Both the position numbers and the translations under genes were made by a program. The notes below the pieces were generated by a model. The model had not been told where the DNA came from. It did no database searches and saw only the letters and a list, made by a program, of their open reading frames with translations. Positions 58,126-64,000 of a stretch of DNA of 64,000 nt are shown piece after piece. The stretch is from the human T2T-CHM13v2.0 reference genome, Homo sapiens: NCBI RefSeq assembly GCF_009914755.1, contig NC_060929.1. One strand, written 5' to 3'. The stretch's first letter is position 1; each line of letters opens with the position of its first letter.

Positions 58126-59448
58126 CTGTGGCAAATAAGAAAGAGAGTGGAACACTTCAGGATGAAAAATTTTGGAATACCAGGTAAAGCAGAAAAGTCA
58201 GATGAAACACCAATGAAATCAAGGTCTGTTGAGAAAATGAATTCACTGATTTTGCTTGGGACACACAAGTGTGAACATTCCAGGATACAAGATTCAAGCC
58301 TCCCTTTCTGTAGAGATTCCTCACCTCAGCCCCAATCCATCTAAGACTCTGAATGCAGGGAAAGCTGGAGAGAAGAATGATAAGCAAGGCATATTTCTCC
58401 ATCCATGCAGCCATCCTTCTCTCTTCACCTCATCTCTCCATTTACTTCCTGCTCTCTGTTGCTTCATAGTACCTACACTGTATGTGCTGTTTTCTCCATT
58501 TGAAGAATGCTGTGAAAGCAAGGAATAATAAACCATACACTTCTACTTCCGTATTTCTAGTTCCTGTCTGCCTGTCCCACCCTTATTTAGAGCAAGCTAG
58601 TGACTTTTGATAATGAAGAGTTAAATCTGTGTTTCTCAACAGAAATGTGGATTCGAATCTACTTGTGTTCCTTTGAAAATGAAAATATTTTTCCTTGTCC
58701 CATGTCTTATAAATTAAATATACAGAAACCTGTATCTTAATTTACCAAGCTGACTTTGAGCCATAAACTTAGTTATGAATCTCTGATCCAGTCACTGAGG
58801 ATGTCAGTGAGAGGTCTCCAAAAAGTATCACAAGGACAGTAAAACCTATTGAACTGTAAGGAGCTCTGTTACCAAATGACTCAATACCTGGCTATGTGAT
58901 TACTCAGCTTGGCACTAATATTGTGGCACATCCTTCAGATAATGTTGGCATCAATGTTGTGAATGTATGAGTCCTTCACATCCTTAGTAGATAAAAAGAT
59001 GTATTTATATAGGTATACGTGTGTTTGTGTAATGGCACATTACTAAACAGGTGGTCAGAAGGCCACAGAACAGGGGCAACATACTCCCAGATATATGCTC
59101 TTGGAGTTTACATATTATCTTAGATTGTGTTGGGGTGACTCTGTTCAGTGTCAAATGTAGTAGGGTCAAGGCAACATGACCACATACATATCACCTCTGG
59201 TTGGAAACTTCAGGCCTCGCTTGGGTTAGAAAGAAAAAGAGAAAGTGGCTGTTTTCACCATTTTTGAAGTACAGCCTGATTCCCAAAGAATTCCAGCTGG
59301 CTGTTCTTTTCCTGTCCTCTGAGCATTACCTTTACCTATGAGTAGCTACTACGTAGGCTGGTACAAATGCCCAGCTAGAGGTCAGAACACTGACGAGCAC
59401 CAAAGGCAGGTCAATGGAAAGAGAAGAGCAGACCTAAGCAGTCCTTAC

Positions 59449-59680
59449 CCAGGAGGTCACTCTGAGGAAGCCAGTCCACAATTTTCACATTTGTGGCCAA
59501 ATGAACATCTCTGGGCCAATGAGAACTCTGACATGTCCATATCACTCCTTGAGGGAGGTGGGCAAAGGCATTGTGCATCTTCTTGAGGACTTCCTGGGAC
59601 TGATGGGTGTTCAACATGGAGCCAAAGGCCACAAGGACAAACCCTGCATCCCCAAAGTTGGCAATGAAGTTGTCCAAGTC
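59449..59680 (-). CDS. UGT3A1: UGT3A1 antepenultimate exon (start of sugar-donor domain)
   Basis: Acceptor ctctag|GAC, donor CTG G|gtaagg; 232 nt; DLDNFIANFGDAGFVLVAFGSML...NVKIVDWLPQSDLL; phases match across all three exons. Upstream exons lie beyond the window. Confidence 0.96.
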
Positions 59681-59919
59681 CTAGAGAGAGATGACAAAAG
59701 AAAGGAGGTGGCAAAATTGAGAACGCCTAAGTGTCCATGAAATGAAACCCAGTCTATTTACTAAACATACCCTCCCATCAGTGCCTTGTCTTCACTCTCC
59801 CGAAGCTATTATTATGGCTCCTGGCACAGCTCAGTGACCTCTGCACTGTGCTCATATTGTGTCTGGATGACCTAGAAGTCATTTTTCTGATACCTGAGGA
59901 CACGTTTTTGCATATAAAT

Positions 59920-60520
59920 TATAAATTTGTGATTTTTTTAAGTTTTTGTTCCTGTTATTGATGTCTAGCTCATCCTATTGGGATCACAGAAAACGCTTTG
60001 ATGAGTTCAGTCTTCTGAAATGAATTGAGATTTATATTGTAGCCTAACATACGGACTATCTTGGGGAATATTCTGTGTGCATTTGAGAAGAAGGTGTAGT
60101 CTGCTGTTGTTGGGTGGAGTATTCTCTAAATTTCTATTAGGTCCAGTTGGTTTATGATGGTGTTCAAGATAACTCTTTCTTTATTGATCATTTGTGTAGA
60201 TAATCTTTCCATTACTAAAAATGGGGTATTGAAGTCCCAAGCTATTGCTGTAGTAATGTCTATTTCATCATCAATTCCATCAATTATTGCTTCACATATT
60301 TTGGTGCTCTGTTGTTTGGTGCATATATATTTATAGCTCTTATATATTGTTGATGATATTTCATATATTATTTTTAAATGATACTTATAATATTATAATT
60401 ATGTGAATGCAAACATAAAATTTTATATTGTGTAATGCCTTTCTTTGTCTCTTGTAAATATTTTTGACATATAGTCTATTTTGTCTGATATTTGCATAGC
60501 TACCTAGCCTATTTTTGTCC
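59920..60520 (-). mobile_element. Old L1M ORF2 fragment
   Basis: gcatttgagaagaaggtgtagtctgctgttgttgggtggagtattct...ggggtattgaagtccc. Confidence 0.7.
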
Positions 60521-60799
60521 TCAGGTAATTCTTAAGAAAGATTATGATCTAATGCCCTAAAACTTAGCTCTAGCACTGTTTCATCAATTATTACTTCCAA
60601 ACATTTCTTCAGACTCTTCCTCTCTCAGCATTTTTGTGACTGTCTCTAGTCCTGAGCCCCTCATTCTACTGGGTCATTGTGTAGGATAACTTGATTCCAT
60701 CCAGCATAACACTGCCTGAACTACCATCTCAATTAACAAACTGAAAACAGCTTTGTTGTTCTTGTAATTATAAAATCATTATATAAAATCAAAAGAAGC

Positions 60800-62670
60800 A
60801 GAGCAAAATGTTAATCAGCAGCCGCATGCCCTTGTTCTTTCAGAGAAACATTTGAAAATCAACTGGAGACTGACTCAAATGACTCCGTAGAGTTTTGAAA
60901 ACCAGTCAAAGATACACAGCAAGCAACCAAATGCCCAATCAAGAAAAAGCCACTTTCAAACAGTATAAATTTCTAATCCATTTTATTTACCTTTGCCCTG
61001 GAGTGGCAGACCACAGTCCACAGGCAAAAGCTCAATTGTGCATTCTTTCCCTCAGCCAGAAGGAGCAGAATAGAAACTATTTACAACATTCTAACCTGTC
61101 TGTTGGCTACTTAGTGACTGGTTTGTCTCACCTAATTCAGAGCTCACACTGGGAATGGTGACATAGCTCAGATTTCAAGCTGACAGAAGTCATAGAAAGC
61201 AGTGGTAGGTACCATGACGTATGAAAGCTTAAGGGATACTGCAGACCTATGAAGGCTTGGGTCAAGAAGTTATGGACAGAAGAATATAATAGAACATCTA
61301 AAGTCCAAGAAGAGTCTGGGCGAGGTTCATTGGGAAATTAAGGCATTCAAAAACAGTTGAGCATACAGAGGGAATTGGAGGAAGAAAAGCACACACAAAA
61401 GTCCAGATGAGACACATAACCAAAAAATACCTGAGAAGACCTTAATCTTGATCAAAACACTCAAAACATGCTCTTCCATGCCAGACTGCAAAGACTGACA
61501 GAAGTAACTAATTGTTCAAATGTCCAATTTTCAACAAAAGATCACAAGGCATACAAAGAAATAGTCAAAATGCATAATTTTGAAAAACAAAATAAATATC
61601 CAGAAACCCTTCCTAAAGAAACACAGGCATTGGACTTACTACACAAATATTTTTAAAGAAACTCTCTTAAATATGCCCAAGGAGCTCATGGAAAACATGG
61701 GAAAAAAACTAAAGTAAACAAGAAAAACAATATGTAAACACATTTAGAATATCAACAAAGAGAAAGCTTTCAATTTAAAACAGGAAATTTTTGGAGCTCA
61801 AATATGAAATCATTAAATTGAATTTTTTTCTCGTGGGCAAAAGAAATAATCAGTGAACTTGAAGACAAATTATTTGAAATTGTCAAGTCTGAGAAAGAAA
61901 AAGAAAAAAAGAATGAACAAAATGTAAGGGACAATAGGACATTATCATGTGGATCAATATGTGCACTACGAGAGAAAATGAAAGGGAAAGAAAGGCTATT
62001 TGAAGAAATAATGGCAGATAACATGATTCTATATATGTAAAACTTTAAAAATAACATACACACACACACACTAAAGATTAAAAATCTATTAGAACTAATA
62101 AACAAATTCAGCAAAGTCGAAGGAAAAAAGTCAAGTCTCCAAAGTCAGCTGCATTTCCATACACTAACAATGAACAAATCAAAAAAGAAATTAGGAAAAC
62201 AATTTCATCAACAATAATATCAGAGAGAATAAAATAAACTTAACCAAGGAGGTGAAAGATTTTACATTTAAAACATGAACATTTTGCTGAAAGAAAGTAG
62301 ACACACACACAAAAATGGAAAGGCATTCTGGCTTCATGAATTGGGACACTTATTAAGATGTCAAATATGTACAATCCAAAGGGATGTACATATTCTATAC
62401 AAACCCTATCAAAATCCCAATAACTTCTTTTGCAACAGAAAAATCATTCTAAAATGTGTAAGAAATATCAAGAACCCTGAATATTCAAAATAATATTGAA
62501 AAAGAGCAGAGAAGAAGTTCTCACAATTGCTGATTTCAAAACATATTACAAAGTTACAGTAATCCAAGTAGTGTAGTACTGCCATAAAGATAGACACATG
62601 GACCAGTGGAATAGAAGAGTGAGCCCGGAAATAGACTTTTGCATTATGGTCAAATAAATTTTGATGACAG
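60800..62670 (+). mobile_element. Old L1M (5' region and ORF2 remnants), interrupted by the MER50 LTR
   Basis: aatcagtgaacttgaagacaaattatttgaaattgtcaagtctgag, ctattagaactaataaacaaattcagcaaagt, gactttgcattatggtcaaataaattttga. Confidence 0.7.
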
Positions 62671-63440
62671 TGAAATGGGAAAGTTCCCTGACCCCCCCTC
62701 ACAGGGTATGTGACAAGGGTGTGGCTTGTCAGTTTGGCCGCAGCCTCCGCTGCTGCTCAAACTCCTTACAGAAGGGGGAGCATGCAGACGGGCAGGTGCA
62801 TGAGCCTGGGTGAGTGCTTTGGGGCTCTGGCCCCACAGCAGTATATAAGGGTGGGTGCCTGCAACTCCTAAAGCCCAAGTGAGCATGGTGTGTGTTACAG
62901 TGCACTCTTTTAGCTTTGCAATCTACAGACGGCTTAAGTGTTAACCAGCTCAACGCCCTCTTGGTACCCAGGTTCTTGTCTGGCATCCAGAAAGAACCAG
63001 GTCACACATAGACTTGAAGATGGTGAATGTGGGGGTTTTATTGAGTGGTGGGGATGGGATGCATGGGGAGCTGGAAAGGAGACGGAATGGGAAGATGGTC
63101 TTCCTGGAGTTCAGCCATCCAGTGGCTGATCTCCTCTCCAATCGCCCCCAGCTGAACTCCTCTTGGTGTTCAGACTCTCCTTCTCTTCTCTCTGCCACAC
63201 CATTATGCCATTCTTCTGCTCTTCTGTTCATCTCCTTTTCATCTGCTTCTGGAACCTGAGGTCTCAGATTTATATGAGTACAGGAGAGGGGCGTGTGGAG
63301 AGCCAAAAGGCAACTTTTGTGTGTGAAAACAGGAATGCATGTTCTCAGTTAGGGCCAGAGGTTTCCAGGCTTGAAATTGGGACCTTTGCCAGGGAACTGC
63401 CCTCTTCTACCCAGTATTTCTCTGTCTCCTAGCCGTATCA
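62671..63440 (-). mobile_element. MER50-like ERV1 3' LTR
   Basis: 770 bp bounded by TG...CA; polypurine tract (agaggggaga on minus, 63441-63450) immediately 5'; TATAAA 63274-63269 and AATAAA 63042-63037 on minus. Confidence 0.8.
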
Positions 63441-64000
63441 TCTCCCCTCTCTGCAGAGGCAAATCTAACTGCCATTAGAATATGGACGATGGCCAATCTT
63501 AGCTAATTTCTGCTGACAGGTGGCACTATTTTGGAGAAAACAGCAGTCAGATTCCTCCCAGAGGTTTATCTAAGGGTCCTTGCAAAAGGGAGCCGTTGTC
63601 CGAGGCTCCGGTTGCCTGACCATTTGGAGTTTGATGACCTCTAAGTGAGAGGAAAAAACAAGTTTTATAAGGTTAAGTAGGCATGGGTTAAACAAGTGTA
63701 TTATACAAGAAAATAATCTAGTGCCAAAGATCACAGAAATAACAAGTGAAAATACTAAAACCATTCTGCTTTGAGCTGTTTCACCCTGGTGAAAGAAATT
63801 AAACCTTGTATAGAAGCGGTTCAACTTTAGAAGAGAGACAACTGTTCTTGCCACATCTGTAGCAATTAACAAGTGTACCCTGGGAATTCTGGGGTTTATG
63901 GGCTTGCATGGTGGCCATTAATGCTTCTGCCTCTTTCTTGTGTCCCCCATCTCTATTGTAAAAGGCAAAGATGGCCACTTTCAGTTAGACCTCTAAAGTA
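63441..64000 (-). pseudogene. ERV1 internal remnant: gag C-terminus fused to env tail
   Basis: Minus-strand translation TLEV*LKVAIFAFYNRD...NCYRCGK (gag CA end and half zinc knuckle, 64000-63847), then FNPCLLNLIKLVFSSHLEVIKLQM..EP (env TM/cytoplasmic tail, 63692-63570). Confidence 0.75.

Overview
Primate, almost certainly human, genomic DNA. The proteins identify it as the 5p13.2 CAPSL-UGT3A1 interval. The minus strand carries the complete CAPSL gene: four coding exons of 137+178+210+102 nt = 627 nt, encoding a 208-aa EF-hand protein, plus a non-coding exon 1 near 40.8-41.05 kb. It also carries the last three coding exons and 3' UTR of UGT3A1 (UGT signature with Asn391, TM helix, KVKKT tail). 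Much of the rest is interspersed repeat: a full-length but dead L1PA4-like element abutting an older L1PA7-like 3' end, eight Alu/FLAM copies, L2/MIR/L1M fragments, MaLR/ERVL/ERV1 LTRs, MER5/20/58 and half a MADE1, and a sense-oriented MER50 provirus remnant in a UGT3A1 intron. I see no evidence of a wholly new gene system. The best unexplained structures are: (1) a perfect 44-bp-arm palindrome at 46260-46351; (2) an old colinear duplicate of the UGT3A1 3' end next to the CAPSL promoter, which appears to supply a terminal exon to a divergent lncRNA; (3) a TSD-bounded L1 insertion carrying extra (probably transduced) DNA; (4) splice-choice control of the CAPSL uORF and Kozak context; (5) repeated RFX X-box-like motifs. 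Repeat subfamily names are from visual recognition, not RepeatMasker, and boundaries of old repeats are approximate.
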